A stretch of DNA of 63,715 nucleotides, the filler included, from Collodictyon triciliatum (Eukaryota): the NCBI GenBank assembly GCA_043381765.1. It is 9 parts of 9 records of this genome, joined end to end, with 100 filler letters (N's around TTAATTAATTAA, not from the genome) between each part and the next. Parts side by side here need not be neighbours in the genome. Positions count along the whole stretch, not along the records: positions 25,706 to 30,848 come from JBHJMP010003419.1; positions 30,949 to 39,406 come from JBHJMP010003420.1; positions 39,507 to 47,966 come from JBHJMP010003421.1; 6 more parts are not named here. One strand, written 5' to 3'. This document shows positions 28,487 through 45,991 of the stretch, piece after piece (the first letter of the stretch is position 1; every line of letters begins with the position of its first letter). The notes below the pieces were generated by a model. That model searched no databases and had not been told where the DNA came from. It saw nothing but the letters and a program-made list of their open reading frames with translations. The position numbers and the translations under genes were made by a program.

Positions 28487-30445
28487 ATGGAAGCATCCCC
28501 AGACCGTGTCAGTCAATACCCTGCTCAGCATCGGCACGGAACTCCAAGTGGGATTTCAGGTGGGAAAGTGCCGAAGGCGGGTGGTGAAATCAGGCGCCCA
28601 AATCCCCTCCTTGCCATGAACCCGAATGCCGGTGCGATTATGAATCCACAAATCAGGATCCAACGAAAAGGACTGAAGGCAGAGAACAGATTACTGTGCG
28701 AAGTACCAAAAATCGAAAAGAGTAGTGAGGAATCGAAAGGACGCGATTCGTGCGGGAAGGAATCTATGACTCCACCGAACATGAGGTTATTGCAAAAAAA
28801 AAATCCTTGCTGTTTGCTTTGTAAGATTATAAAAAATTTGATGAATGCGCCTATGACTTGCAGTTTTAGTGCCAATTCACAACGAGAAAGTCAATCAACT
28901 ACGGAACGAGACGAGGTACTAGAAGGCGCCTCCGCTGAAAGATGTGGATTAAGATATGATGATGGCCAAGCGAAACAAAAGAGAACTTATCCAGATACTC
29001 AAAATAGCATTAAAAGGTACAGACGGAAAAAATACAATCATGACAGATGAAACTATTGTGATATTGGGGGAAATAAAATAACGCATTCCACAATTAAATC
29101 AAGGCTGCATCAAATTTCTATGTAGTAATACAACATAAATCAGTAACAAAAATTACTGCAATAGCGAAGAAATTTCTACACCAGAGAGGAAGTATGATAT
29201 CATCGATTGCAAGGAAGGTAATTCCAATACGGATGGTGATAAAAGGCTCCTTTCAAATACTGTGGCAGATATAAGTCATGGAGAAGTAATACATCACCCT
29301 GCCATAGCGCATAAATATGGTACTGTAATGCTCGAAGAAATGGTACCTTTTTTCATCACGATTACGCTCTTAGCATATTGACGTGTGTGAATAGCTGAAA
29401 TTGTGAGTCAAAAAAGCAATTGTGTTGCTGTTTGTATAATGCCTCATTAATGAACCAAACTTCAGAGTTTATTAGATAAAATTGCGTCCCTGGAAAAAGA
29501 GCTCGCTGAAAGTAAAAAATCACACGAAGGTTACAAACGCAAAATGGAAAGTAAGGCGTATAAATACAAAGCGTTATTTGTGGATTGTGTTTATGACATC
29601 CGTTTTATGGCTGGATATTGTTTTTTCCAGACCCATAAGAATAGCTTCTTTTTTTACGAAAGAAATAAAACAAAAAGGTATTATTACTGACCAGCGCGCA
29701 GAGTACGAAAAGAAAATTGAAGATGTAAGATGTTTCTATCTTGAAGAGAGAAAACAAATCCAGGATGAAGTTGAGGTTCTGCGGTGAGTAACTCCCTCAG
29801 ACTTCAGAAATTTTTTGGAGGGTGATAGATGTATTTTCATTAAAATTCGTAGTCAAAAGCTGGATGACATTGGATGGGATTCAAATATAATTATGAAAGC
29901 GACTGTTCTAGGTATAATGAATAAAAAAAATTGTATGTCCCTGTATTAAATAGTCTAACCAATTATGCAACACCACATTTCCATCGCTTTTTTAATTGTT
30001 AAAGTAGGAACACGCATACACTTCAGCGACATTAATTTTTTATGGAAAGAACGAAATGGCCCTTCAATGTGGGTACACCTATTGATTTGTTTATTAATTT
30101 TTAGATTCAGGTAGTAGAAATGGAGATGCAAGTAGGGCATTATTGGAACCGAACATGAAGCAAACCAAAAAAGAAGCAGAATTCTTTTCTGTTATTGCTG
30201 AACTCAAGACGAAAGGTTTACCCCAAAAAAGTGGTGCTGATGCAACTCCGACGGGTGACAACATGTACCCAAAATCGTGCAACTTCTTGGACTACTTAAA
30301 CCTTATACATATCTTCAGATCTGTGAAATTTGCACATATTAAAACTTCGCAGGTAGCAGACTTATCTAAGTTTCAACTTGCCTCTTTGAACAGGGCGACT
30401 ATTGATAGCTTCTACAGTTCCCAAGTCACAGCTAAGGACGGTTAG
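28487..30445 (+). CDS. Hypothetical multi-exon protein with coiled-coil-like segments
   Basis: Chain of + strand exon-like ORFs (MEASPDRVSQ..., IITDQRAEYEKKIEDVRCFYLEERKQIQDEVEVLR, ...SSQVTAKDG*) with GT/AG flanks. No recognised family. Confidence 0.45.
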
Positions 30446-30754
30446 ATTAACAATAAAATGGAAGAATCAGATTTATTGCATTCAATAAATGTAGCTAAAT
30501 AAGAAGGGAAACTAGTTTATGTCTATTTTATATGTATGTCCTTTTCATCTGCAAATATCCCAAAGATTTGACGAAGGTACTTTAGCACTTGTCCTCTTAT
30601 GTATTACTTTTGACTAGGTAACAGAAAATTAATATGTTATCGATATTTGTGCTTGAATATCGTTCGTAATATGGTTCATGCGCACACTAGATTAAAGAAG
30701 TAACTCCTTTTTTTCTTTTTTATCCGGTTCACGGGAAGGAATGGTTCTTCTATG

Positions 30755-30848
<94 letters not shown>

Positions 30849-31220
30849 NNNNNNNNNNNNNNNNNNNNNNNNNNNNNNNNNNNNNNNNNNNNTTAATTAA
30901 TTAANNNNNNNNNNNNNNNNNNNNNNNNNNNNNNNNNNNNNNNNNNNNAAAAAAGAAACAAAAAAAGAAACAAAAAAAGAAACAAAAAAAGAAACAAAAA
31001 AAGAAACAAAAAAAGAAACAAAAAAAGAAACAAAAAAGAAACAAAAATGAAAGAAACCAATACGATAATCAGACAGCGCCTTCTATACCTGCATCTTCCC
31101 ACGGAAATGACATTGTTGATAAAACACAAATAGAAAGATAGCTTAACTAAGAGAACAACGCCAATTTCCAAAAAAAAAATAATAATAACTTATAATAATA
31201 ATTAGGGGCCTTAAGGAGAA

Positions 31221-34200
31221 ATGGGAAAACCAAGCGGTGGCCTTAGAGGAAAGCCGAGTGGAAAGCCTGGTGGTGGTTTCAAAGGAAAGCCGAGTGGAAA
31301 GCCTGGCGGTGGCTTCAAAGGAAAAGGCGGGGGAAAGCCCAGCGGCGGCTTCAAAGGGAAAGTAGGAGGAAAGCCTCAAAGCAAAGGGAAGCCACCAGCG
31401 AAAGGAAAGTCCTCGTTTGGAGGAGGCAAAGCAAAGAAGCCTATGAAAAGCGCATACATTTCTCAGGCCAAGAAAGATGAGTCACGCAAGTTGTTGGCGC
31501 CTGCGAGCGAATTCAAGGAAGGCCCAGCCGCGATCGTGAAGAGAAAATCAGATCGCATAGAAAACTCGTACTCTGAGGAGGCCGCGGACTCTAATCAGCA
31601 ATTGAGTAAGCAACTGCCAATTGCTCTCCTTATTACATACTCTTGACTCTTTATTTCTTATTTCTTCTTTATTCGTCGCTGCATATTTTGTTCTTTTCAT
31701 TTCTATTTCTATTTTCTCCTCGACCACCGCTCCATTGAGTTAACAGTGGGGGCTTTTTACTTTATTTTATTTTATCTATTTATTCATTTTTCATTCTCAT
31801 CCTGATTTTCTACTTTGTTGTTTGTTTGCTTACCCGCTCACTCTCGGTCATCACATATTCTACAGAAAACTATGACCAAGCAGATTGGAGAGAACGAAAG
31901 AAATTCCGCCAGGCCAAAAAAACCAACTACGAGATTCTGACTTCTGCAAAGGCTATTTGGGAAAAGGTAAATGAATTGCGCCTTTTTTTTTAAAAAAAAA
32001 ATTCGTTAAATGAGAAATAATCAGACGAAAAAGCGAGGCAAAAGTGGTTCCACTAGAAAACTATCAAAGGAGATAAACATGAATCTACTTGGAAAGAATG
32101 CTAGGTTCTCAATCCAACAATGATCATATGTGTCCGTTGATCTTCAAAATCTTGTTTTTTTTCAATATGCCACTAGGCGAGACAAAAAGTGGTGTCCAAG
32201 CCTGTCCGGACGAAACTCATTAAGGAGCTTATGGACATTATTCAGGAGAAGATACACGAGGTAATTTAGAAGCCGCCTGCATGTATTTCAATGCCTGTTT
32301 TCCTGCCAGTTTAATTCTCCCTCATTTCAAATTCATTGATGGTGCTTGGAGCCACTAAATCATTTCCGTGCTATGATTAGATTATTTTCAAGCATGATGC
32401 ATCTCGCGTGGTCCAGACATGCTTCAAGTATGGAACCAAAGAACACAAAGACAAGATTATGGCTGCTTTGAAGGGTTAGAGCGAAAAATGTCATACCTTT
32501 CACTGATTTCACTTCAATATCACTGTTCCTGTTGCTTAATCGAGGAAATCTTTATTTTTGTTTGATTAGGACATATTGTGGAGCTTATCAAAAGTCATTA
32601 CAGTCGCTTCCTAATAATTAAAATAATGAAACATGGAGACAAACAACACAAAGATCAAGTTTTCCAAGAGTTGAAAGGACATTACGGAAAGCTGATCCGA
32701 CAGAAAGTAAGCCATTTATATAACTTTGGATTTCTGTTACTACACAATCAATTTTGTTTTAAGAAAAAAGTTTAGTAAATATGTAATGCTGTGTGAATTT
32801 TAGGGTAAATTTGATTAAATCCTGCCCTTGAATTGTATGTTTCCTTGTTTGTCTGTTTTGTAAGATTATTTTTAAATGTAACATCCCTCAATGTTGGTCT
32901 TCTCTCAATAGGATGCGATTGATATCATCGATCCATTGTATCAAGAATACGCAAGCAGCCAGCAGAAGCGATACATGATTCTTGAGCTATTTGGGCCTCA
33001 ATACGCTCTTTTTGATGTAAGATGTCAAAATTGTCTTCATATAAATGTAAAACGTCACCTAGAATTTACATGAGTTTGCCTTATCTAAATTCGTATATCC
33101 CGATCCAGGACTCGCCAGTTAACGATCTTAAAGATATTATCAAACAAAATCCCAATGAGCGAGAGCCCATCTTGAAGTACATGTCCGAAATTATCAGCAA
33201 TGTTCTGTCCAAGAAACTAGTCACACACACCATTATACACAGGCTGTTGCTGGAATATGTTGTGTAAGAGACTCTATCTTTTCTTTATCAAAGTCCGAGA
33301 TAAAATCTGTTCTTCAAAGGCTTTTTCCTGTAAACTGAGTACTTACTCGCCACTCACTCGCAGAAATTGTGATGAAAGCGCCCAGGCAGACGTATTCGAA
33401 ACTCTTCGCGAGTTATGTCCACAACTCATTCACAGTCGAGAGGGTGCTGAGCTATGTATGAGATGTGTGGCTGCCAGTAATGCAAAAGTAATAACCCTCC
33501 AAAAACAACTTTATATTCATTATTGCTACCGGAAGAAACAAAATCCTGACAAGTACGCTCTGTGCTATCATGAAATTTACTCCAATTATTGCGTTTTCTA
33601 AGAGACTCGAATGTATTTGATTTAGGAAAGGAAAGCCATAGCCCAGAGCTTCAAGGGACTGGTGACCAAAGCGTGCGAAAACACGTATGGATATATGGTT
33701 ATCTCCTACATTTTACATGCAGTGGACGATACTGTTCTGACGTGGAAAGCAATCGGACAGGTTTTCTCTGTTCTGATCATTTAGAAAGAGTTAAAATTTT
33801 GTACAGTTCTTTGCCACATCTAAATCTATTAATTTATCTCCAAACTGTTTTAGGAAATTACAAAAGATATTGCTGTCTTGATAGCACATGTACATGCATC
33901 TCGTATCCTGCTACATTTGCTCAACCCGAAGAGTGAATATATGCACGAGGTGAGAATTCCTATTCTTCTTAAATATCATACCGATAATACCATGTGAATT
34001 TGTAAAGAAAAAAAACTGTCCTTAATGAAAACATGTTAGGATACAAAGAAAATCTTTGAAATGGTTGATAAACCCGATGAAAACGGGAAGGGAGGAAATC
34101 AAAACAGGTTTGACCATCAACAATATCAATCCCTCAAATTTAGTAATTTTAATTAATAGAATATTAAGTGGCGCAACATAATAACATAGCTATCGTATAA

Positions 34201-35433
34201 TATGTTACCATTTTATCTGTGTACTTACAACAAATATATTTTATGTCGTCTAGTAAAAAAGACCCTGAGATAAGACGAACTCAAATTCTCGAAAATCTTG
34301 TGCCATTCATGATTGACTATTTCGAGTTGAATACACAAACTACCATAGCATCCCAGTCCGGCTGCAATTTTTTGTATGAAATATCCCGACAGACGATAGG
34401 TAATATCATTTTATCACCTTTATCGAGCGAAACATAAAATGTGGAACTGCCTTGCGCACACAAAAATATCTTTCATTTTAGAATAAATATTGAATTTTAC
34501 GTTTCAAGCCTTCAACTGAATGCTTTATGTGCTTTAATTTTAAGGCTCCAAGGAAAAGCTCCTTTCAAATATCGTGGATTCACTGGTAACTGGGAAGCTT
34601 GAGGACCCCGTAGGATTTCATGAAAGTAGACTATACAAACGATTAATCAAGGAGGACATCCATATTTCACAAGGGGAAGGTTGCTTGGCCTTTATAGTTT
34701 TAATATAATTCTTGCATTTTTTTTTTGTTCATAAAAGTAACTAATCTTTGTGCTATTCGCGTACATATGCTGCTTATATAATGTTTTTTGGAGACTGAAC
34801 GATTTAATGTTTATTTTCTATTTCATATTGTTATATACTTCCTTCAGATAAATTATAAACGATATGTCTACATTATTCTATCATGATTTGGCTGACGAAT
34901 GAGTGATTACCCACAGGTCCTGCACTCAGTTTTGCTTCTTTCTTGTACGAAAAGCTCCAGGGGAAATTAATGGATGTCTGCAACAGAAAGGGAGGTTTTG
35001 TTGTTTTGTCGCTGCTGGAATCTGCTGCTACTAAAGAAAAAGTAATTGCTTTCGAACCATCCAGTATTACAGACCTTTTTAGTGTCTAGTTTTGAAGAAA
35101 GCTATGGAACTGTTTTTCAATTTTTCTTTCATCTGATGTCCTTCTCTTCGCTTACAGGCCACTCAGGAGCTACTGAGCAACCCAGATAATATCAATGCAT
35201 TGAAGGCCATGGAAAAGAACGGCATACCACACATCCTGGCTATTCTCGAAGCTGCCCAACAGGTCAAGGTCAAGGAACAGGAAGAGCAAAGCCAGAAGCA
35301 AAGTCAGAAGCAAAGCGGAAAGAAGGGAGCGCCACAAACACCGAATGCAAAGACAAGTAATACCAACGCAGCCGCAACAGCCGCACCAACTCCAACAGTA
35401 ACCACACGAGGACGATCAAAGGGCAAAGCATAA
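31221..35433 (+). CDS. PUF6: Pumilio homolog 3 / Puf6 (Puf-A) nucleolar RNA-binding protein
   Basis: AKAIWEK, IIFKHDASRVVQTCFKYG, LIKSHYSRFLIIKIMKHG, LIHSREGAELCM, VDDTVL, SKKDPEIRRTQIL. Stop at 35431-35433. Confidence 0.92.
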
Positions 35434-35764
35434 GCTTCTTTTCCTTTTTCTTTTTTTTACTTCGGTGGCGCTTTGTTCAACTCTGCTGATGCTGCTCTTG
35501 TGTCACAGAATAAATGGCGACTTAATGTTAGAGTTGGAATGGAGTCTTCCTTTTTCATGTCCAAGTCTCGATAGTTCCAAAAGTATTCAAACCAAAAGGT
35601 TTATTCTGGGATTTGGGGGTAATCACCCCAGACAGCCTCGTGCGATTGGATGTTATTTTTTAATTACTTTTTTTTTTATGCTTTTTACAATATATTTTGC
35701 CTCTTGTCTACTGTTTATTTTCTTTGTCTTTCTTTTCTGGTTGAAGCAATCGAAAAGTGGGAGT

Positions 35765-38674
<2,910 letters not shown>

Positions 38675-39657
38675 TTTAGTCCATTTCTACATATTCGTGA
38701 AATGGCATCGACCGATTAATTTTGTGTATTATGATGTACTTACAATTATTATAAGCTGACATTTGCAAATTGTAGGAAAGTAGTTCTGTTCGTGTGCACG
38801 TCAATTATACTGCGCTTTGGTTTCACTTTCAAACAAAGGGAATATTGGCGTTATTTTTCTTATTTATTGTTATTTTTAAATTCGATTGATAGTTCCTACT
38901 GATTATGAAAATGTGATGAAGCAGTAAAGAAATTTTAAAGTACTTGAACATATGTAAGCGGGCTTACCTTTTCTCACTTCGGTGCAATCACAGAGAGAAA
39001 TTGGGAAACCATCGCCAAAAGATTACCTACATTATCGGAGCCAGTCCGTTCATCTATTTTTGAAACGAAAATGACACGATTGGCCGTTAAAACGGGCGAA
39101 TAATACCAATGTTAGAAGCAGATAATTGATTCTCATCCATGGTTCCATGACAAACGACCCCGAAGTCGCCTTCTCTGTTATGTGACATAACTGTGGGTGA
39201 TGGATTCGGGTAGCACTTCTAAAAAACAATTTGGCCAGCGAAGGCTCTGAATCTCGTCCGGCTCACGCATGCCTATTTTGTGTACTAATTTCGATCTCAG
39301 AAGAAACAAAAAAACAAAGAAATAAAAAACAAAAAACAAAAAACAAAAAACAAAAAACAAAAAACAAAAAACAAAAAACAAAAAACAAAAAACAAAAAAC
39401 AAAAAANNNNNNNNNNNNNNNNNNNNNNNNNNNNNNNNNNNNNNNNNNNNTTAATTAATTAANNNNNNNNNNNNNNNNNNNNNNNNNNNNNNNNNNNNNN
39501 NNNNNNCAAACCAAACCAAACCAAACCAAACCAAACCAAACCAAACCAAACCAAACCAAACCAAACCAAACCAAACCAAACCAAACCAAACCAAACCAAA
39601 CCAAAAACGGAAAAAATGGTTGGTCTACATTTGTGAACAAACTTATTTAATTCAAAG

Positions 39658-40379
39658 GTAAGTAATGAGGCCAGAGATTTAATAAGCAAGCTCCTGAAAA
39701 AAGAAAGCTCAAGGAGGCTGGGTTCGCGGTATGGAGCAGCTGACATTAAGGCACATCCTTTCTTCAGAACAATCAACTGGCCTCTCATTCGAAATCAAAA
39801 ACCGCCCATAGACGTTGTCATCAGGAATCCTTTGGACACAAGGTTTTCCCTCACTGATAATTATTTTCTTACATCCTCATCGAAGGTCATCTATTTGTTT
39901 GAAAAGTAACTCTTATGGCTTTATTCGCATGGGTCTAAACAATAGTGGTCTTATAATAAGTGTGATATATATGAACCACGTTTAACTTTCCCTTTTTTGC
40001 ATATTTTTGGGTTAATTTAAACTTGTACCTACCATTGTAATATTTTGAATATGGTATCGCTTTGCATACATCCCCAAAAAAGGACAATTCACAAATCATT
40101 ATTTCTAGTTTATACCAATTTTATCTATCCATTTATTTACTTATTCATTTATTTATTTATTCATCCAAACTAAGTCGGTCACGGAAGTTGAAGGACGACC
40201 TCCCATTCGACTTGGACCAAGAACTGCCTATGGATGACCACGTCGACCCAACCGGGCTTTTCTACAACTTTACATATCATCGACAGCCACTTCCTAATAC
40301 TTGTAAGTTTCCAAGTAAACCGAGTCATAATTCTCTCAAAATGAAAAAACACAAAAACAAGCAAAAACATACAAACTAA
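39658..40379 (+). CDS. AGC-family Ser/Thr kinase, C-terminal exons (Fpk1/Nrc-2/AGC-VIII-like; 5'-partial, last exon uncertain)
   Basis: ARDLISKLLKKESSRRLGSRYGAADIKAHPFFRTINWPLIRNQKPP, followed by hydrophobic motif FYNFTY. Confidence 0.8.
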
Positions 40380-40934
40380 CAAAAAAAACGAAGATAGCCG
40401 ATAAAAGAGAAAGGCATACAAAGAGAAAAAAAAGAGGATGTCGACACAATGAGAAAACGTTTAGCTGCGTTGGAAAATCTTCGATTGCTGGCTGTTCCTT
40501 AAACCATTGCACACTTCACTCACCTACTCTGCGCACAGATTGCGACGTTGCTCCTCTCAAAGTCATCTAACAGCAGACGGTCGCATCGCTTCCTGATTTC
40601 CTTGGGCAGCATCGCAACCTTATTTATCATGACCTGTACCAAAAATTGGAAAATTGTTTTAATGTCAAGCATAGAAGTTCCTGCGTATTCCTGAAATCCC
40701 GTCACATATCCGGCCACCCCCTAATAAAAAAAAAAAAAACTGAACAAATCAGAACAAAACAAAAACAAAAACAAAAACAAAAACAGAAACAAAAACAAAA
40801 CAAAAAGAAAACAAGAAAAAAAAAAAAAAGAGTGCTGGCCAGCGCATAGAGAATGTAGAAAACAGAGTAGGGACGAGAAAAATTGAAGGGGAAATGTCAT
40901 CGCCAACTAACCTTCTGCAAAAGCAAGTATCTGA

Positions 40935-42663
40935 ATGCGTCTTAGTCTTCGGTGGGGTATTGTTCTTCTCTGCCTTTCTCTACTGCAGGGCTTCTGCTTC
41001 GGATCGCTGAGGTAAGAGCTTTACTTTTCTTTTCCTTTTCCTTTTACTTTTCTTTTCTTTCCTTTTCCTTTTCCTTTTCTATTATTTTCTTTTCTTTTCC
41101 TTATAGTACCAACACCTTTTTCCTAAGAGGCACCCTAGCAATCTCACTCAACAACCGATCTACTCTACTAGTTCAAATAAAGCACATCAACTTGTTCTCA
41201 AATCCGATGATGACATTGATGCGCTTAGTCTGCCGCAACTCCAGAGCTACGCAAAGAGTTTGCGAGACCGCCTCTTCTATCTTGAGTTGGAAATCATGTA
41301 TGAAACATCTACCATGAAAGAAACAGTCGAGGTAGACAGCGCCTCAAAGCATTTCGACAAAAGAACGCCACCCACAAAGGCGCAACAAAATGTGTCAGAC
41401 ATAGCAATTCTATCTCAATTCTTTGACTTGATGGGAGGTGACAAATGGACCGTAAGCAAGGGCTGGAAGGATCAAAATGTCTGTTATTGCGAATGGTATG
41501 GTGTGAAATGCTTTGATGGTTGCTCGGCTTTGAGTTGTACAGTAAGATTTGACTTTATCAAATGATTATTTAAATCTCTATGTACTCTTTTGATGCTTGC
41601 ATGAATTTTTACTGTAACACACCCAACTTCATGGATTGATTGGCTTTTTTTTTTAAAAAAAAAGTTTACTTAAAATAGCTATCAGCCTTCACCTTTTATT
41701 GATATACTTTACCCAGTCAGCAAATATATCTTTATCTCAGATGAAAAGTGCCTCTGAAGTTATTTTTTCTTACAAATAGAATGGTACTTGCATTGTCCAA
41801 TCAATCAAACTCGCAAACAACAACTTGAGCGGCAACATGGCAGATGTGCTTCCTCTTCTTACAGATTTACAATACATGTTGGAGATTGATTTACGGGCGA
41901 ATAGAATCTTTGGGGAAATGCGCGAATTTTTACACCCTACAATCGAGTCAATCATTCTTTGTTATAACAAATTAAAAGGCGAGTTACCCACTCTGAACAT
42001 AGCTAAAGTTAAGCACTTAGATCTGTCAAATAACTTATTCGATTCAGGCCTTGTGAAATTTAGTGGTATGCCATCACTCACATACCTCAATCTCTCTACT
42101 AATGTCATTGAAGAGGTTGTTATGGCGATTGAAGCTCCTGCATTACAAGTCTTTGACATTTCTTTGAACGAATTTACGGGCCACATATCGATTTTGAATG
42201 AAATTTGTGTTATGAGCCCATTGGTAAACAACATTCGTTTGTCAATGAACCATCTGTTTGGAGCATTACTAACACTGAGCTTTCCACTACTCGAGGACCT
42301 CCAATTTTATGTGAATCTGGTCACTGGATCTATGGCCGATTGGGATATGCCCCTTCTGTATCGTTTGGACTCCTCTGTGAATCTCCTTTCAGGAACCCTT
42401 CCAAATTTTTCCAAGATGCCTAAGGTTGAAATTCTGTTTCTTCAAGACAATAAGTTGACGGGCTCAATACCAGACTTCAATTACCTTCCTCTGTTGATAG
42501 AGCTATTTGCAATAAACAATTTATTCTCAGGTTCCGAAATTATTATGTTCTTTTTTTCAAAATTTATTTCCTCATCATTTTTTCATTTATAACGACATCA
42601 TATGAAATTTGGTAATTGTCCTGTTCCACGTGTGATTATTATTGTTATTATTACTATTATTAC

Positions 42664-42751
<88 letters not shown>

Positions 42752-45700
42752 GACATTATCATTTTATTGACAGGAACATTACCTGATTTTACTGGAATTC
42801 CTCTTGTTGAAAATTTGGCTTTTGCTTTCAGTAACATTAATGGAACTATTCCAAATTTTTCTGATTGTAAACATCTAGTACACATCAGATTATTCAATAA
42901 TAACCTTACTGGCACCATACCCACTTTCCATGACCTGTGTGTGCTGTATCGAATAGATGTAAACAATAACTTTTTGACGGGCTCTTTCCCTGATTACAAT
43001 CACCTTCCTTTACTGACCCGAATCAGAGTAAGCGGAAATAGATTTAGTGGGTCTCTTCCACCAGTCAATCACCCTAGAATAGAGCTTTACAAGCTTGATG
43101 GGAACATGTTTAGTGGGACCATACCCGAGTACAATGGTATTTCGTTGAAATATCTGGATTTAAATCGAAACCGTCTAAATGGCACAATTCCTTCATTCAA
43201 GGATGCCCTACACATTAGAGATTTAGATCTGTCTTTCAATAACCTTGAAGGAGGTGTTCCTTTAGCACTTTCGAACTTGTCAGATATTTCTTCTGTTGTC
43301 TTATCCCATAATTTATTGTCTGACCGCCCAAACAAGGAATTCTGGCTTAGCGACCATTTATTCTACATAGATTTGAGCTACAACAGATTTTCAGATAAAA
43401 TTTATTTCTTTTTACCAGACGACTATACCACGAGCTATCCAGTGAAGTTTTTAAATTTGAAAGGGAATAAGCTATCTGGGTCTATTACAAATTTTATCTA
43501 CCACGCACTGCAGTTTGCTATTGAAGTTGATGTATCAAACAATATGATTGAATATGTCGAGGACCTCACTTTCGTGCGAGACTGGAAATCCTTTGATTTA
43601 TCTGAAAACCCTATAACCGGGTCTATTCCTGAATCATTCAAATCCTTCAATAAGCTGGAAAATTTTGACCTGACCAGCACAAACATGTCAAGCGACAGCA
43701 AGGAATATCCTCTTCCTTCGTTCTTGAGTCCAACAAAACAATTTAGTTTGGACTTTTTCCAACAAAAATACTCTTGTCCAATTATTTCTGGGACTACTCT
43801 GTTAATGAGCGTGCACATGGATCCAAAGTATTACGAATACGCTTTGTGTGTCTGCCAGCCAAATCACTTTGGATATTCAGCCTCGTGCCTCGAATGCACT
43901 TCATCGTGCCACTGTCCTGGCGGTTCGGTGATAGGAGAATGCTATCCGAGTCCATCCGTATCAAACCCTACACACACATTAGAGTGCCCAAATCCAGATG
44001 CTTGCAATAAAAACATGAATACAACATTTATGTGCACAACTGGTTACGAAGATCGTCTGTGCTCAAAGTGTGCCGACGGGTATTACAAAATCGGGTGGGG
44101 CTGTGTTGCATGCCCCAATTATGTTGTATACCTCCTCCCAGTCACATCGCTGATTTTTATAGCTATTTTGATAGTGTACCTAACTCAGACCCCAATCTCA
44201 TCCACAGGTTTACATATTTGCACAATATGATGAATATTCTTTCACAAAATTAACACAATCACCTTTAAAACCAGATATACTCTGATTTATTGTTAAAACG
44301 GTAACTTTCGCTTCTTTTTTCCTCCTACCTCTCTCTCTTCTGTTTTTATTTACCCAACAGGCTGCATGAAAATTCTACTTTTCCACGTGCAAACACTTTT
44401 TATGATGAATTCTGGTGTATTCCGCGTCGTTGACTTCCTCAGTTACATGGTTGACATCGGGTTCAAATTCAGCAGTGGGACATTTCCAGCTAGTGCATGT
44501 TTGCTTTCTGGCGCTGGGAATGGAATGGCCGAAAGCTACATGACACTTACCCGTTTGATAGTTTGCATGCTCTTGGCTTTGATATCTTTCAAAATTGTCA
44601 AAGAACACAACCAAAACAGAGTATTTTTCTTATTCATAAAAGATTTTTCATAATTTTTAACATTTTAGTTTACCTTTAAATACATGTCCATTCATAGGTT
44701 GCTGATGAGTTATCCATTTATTGACACATATTTTCTATCTTGATGCAGGTAATCTTCATTACACTTTTCTTCCTTCAGATAATGTTTTATGACGTTGCGC
44801 ACAAGGTTGTCAGCCTACTAGGATGTACATTACATGATGCTGGTACAGAAAAGTGGTATCTATCAGAATTTCCGTGGGTTCAGTGTAGCCCGATAAGTGG
44901 CGAGTACATCCCCTTGTTGCTGTATGCCTTATTTGGATTAGTGTTTTTTGTTGTATGGTTTCCAGTCCAAATATTCAAGCTTTTATACGACTGTCAAATA
45001 CATGGTGAATATGGCTATTACAGAGAGAGATATGGTTTTCTCTATCTAGTCTATCGTAAGGTAAATGCATTTTTCTATCTATCCTGCTTCCAACAGCCCC
45101 CAAAAAATTTTATATTAATAAACTTGTTTGCCACTTCTCCGGACTGGACCAAATCATATATTATTTCAATCAAGAAAAAATATTCATCCATTCGAATTGT
45201 TAAAGGAACTATACTTTTGGGAAATCGTCTTGTTGATGCGGCGGATGATAATCACCATAGTTATTTCTGTTGTCCCGTTCTCTGAGTTTGCCACGCGCAA
45301 TTTCCTTTTGTTTATCACCCTCCAAGTTAGTCATCATTTACTACATGAGTCTATCTGATAGTGATAATTGTCATCAAAACAATGATAATAATAATTCAAT
45401 ACATATCATACAGAGATATTCACCACATCTATGACATAAGAATGAACTGAAAAAGTCAGCTGGTTTTTGAGGATTTTTTTTTTCAATTGACTTATCTGGT
45501 TCCACCCGAAATTACAGGTGTCTATTTTCTTGCAACAAAGATTCAGTCCATACACTTCCACAACAGAAAACCGCCTTGAGCTTCTCAGCCTTTACACAAT
45601 ATACACATCATTCTTTGCCAATCTGCTTGGGGATTTCCTTCAAGTATCACTGTGGATGAGTGGTTTCGTGCTTACTCTGAATCTGTCTGTCCTAGGCATC

Positions 45701-45991
45701 CTTCTTTATCACTTGGGATATCAGAAGCTCATCAAGTTTCTATGGTGGTTTCTTCACTGGCTCTCTTCACACTTTGAAGCCGCCATCACCCGAGTCCGCA
45801 TTCTCCAAAGATGCTACCAGCCAAGCTTTTCAGGCATGGACTTTACATTTGGTGCCCGTCACCCATCTGATCTTTCTGACTGGTCACCGCCCGAGCGCCA
45901 AAGCAAAGTTACATACAAAGAAATGAACGACCAGGTTGTGCCAGACAAAGCAAAAGAGGCACCTGACAGCGAAAATGGATTGGGTGAATGA
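40935..45991 (+). CDS. Receptor-like protein: signal peptide, LRRNT, many plant-type LRRs, Cys-rich region, multi-pass TM domain
   Basis: MRLSLRWGIVLLCLSLLQG signal; WTVSKGW...CEWYGVKC LRRNT; LxLxxNxLxGxIP repeats; CTTGYEDRLCSKCADGYYK; several TM helices with RYGFLYLVYRK|ELYFWEIVLLMRR and PYTSTTENRLELLSL. Confidence 0.88.

Noticed and set aside
42602-42773. Poly-Ile start of the 542-aa ORF, and similar poly-N/K/F/Y/L/DK ORFs elsewhere
   Set aside because: Translations of intronic microsatellites; the real LRR exon starts at about 42774.
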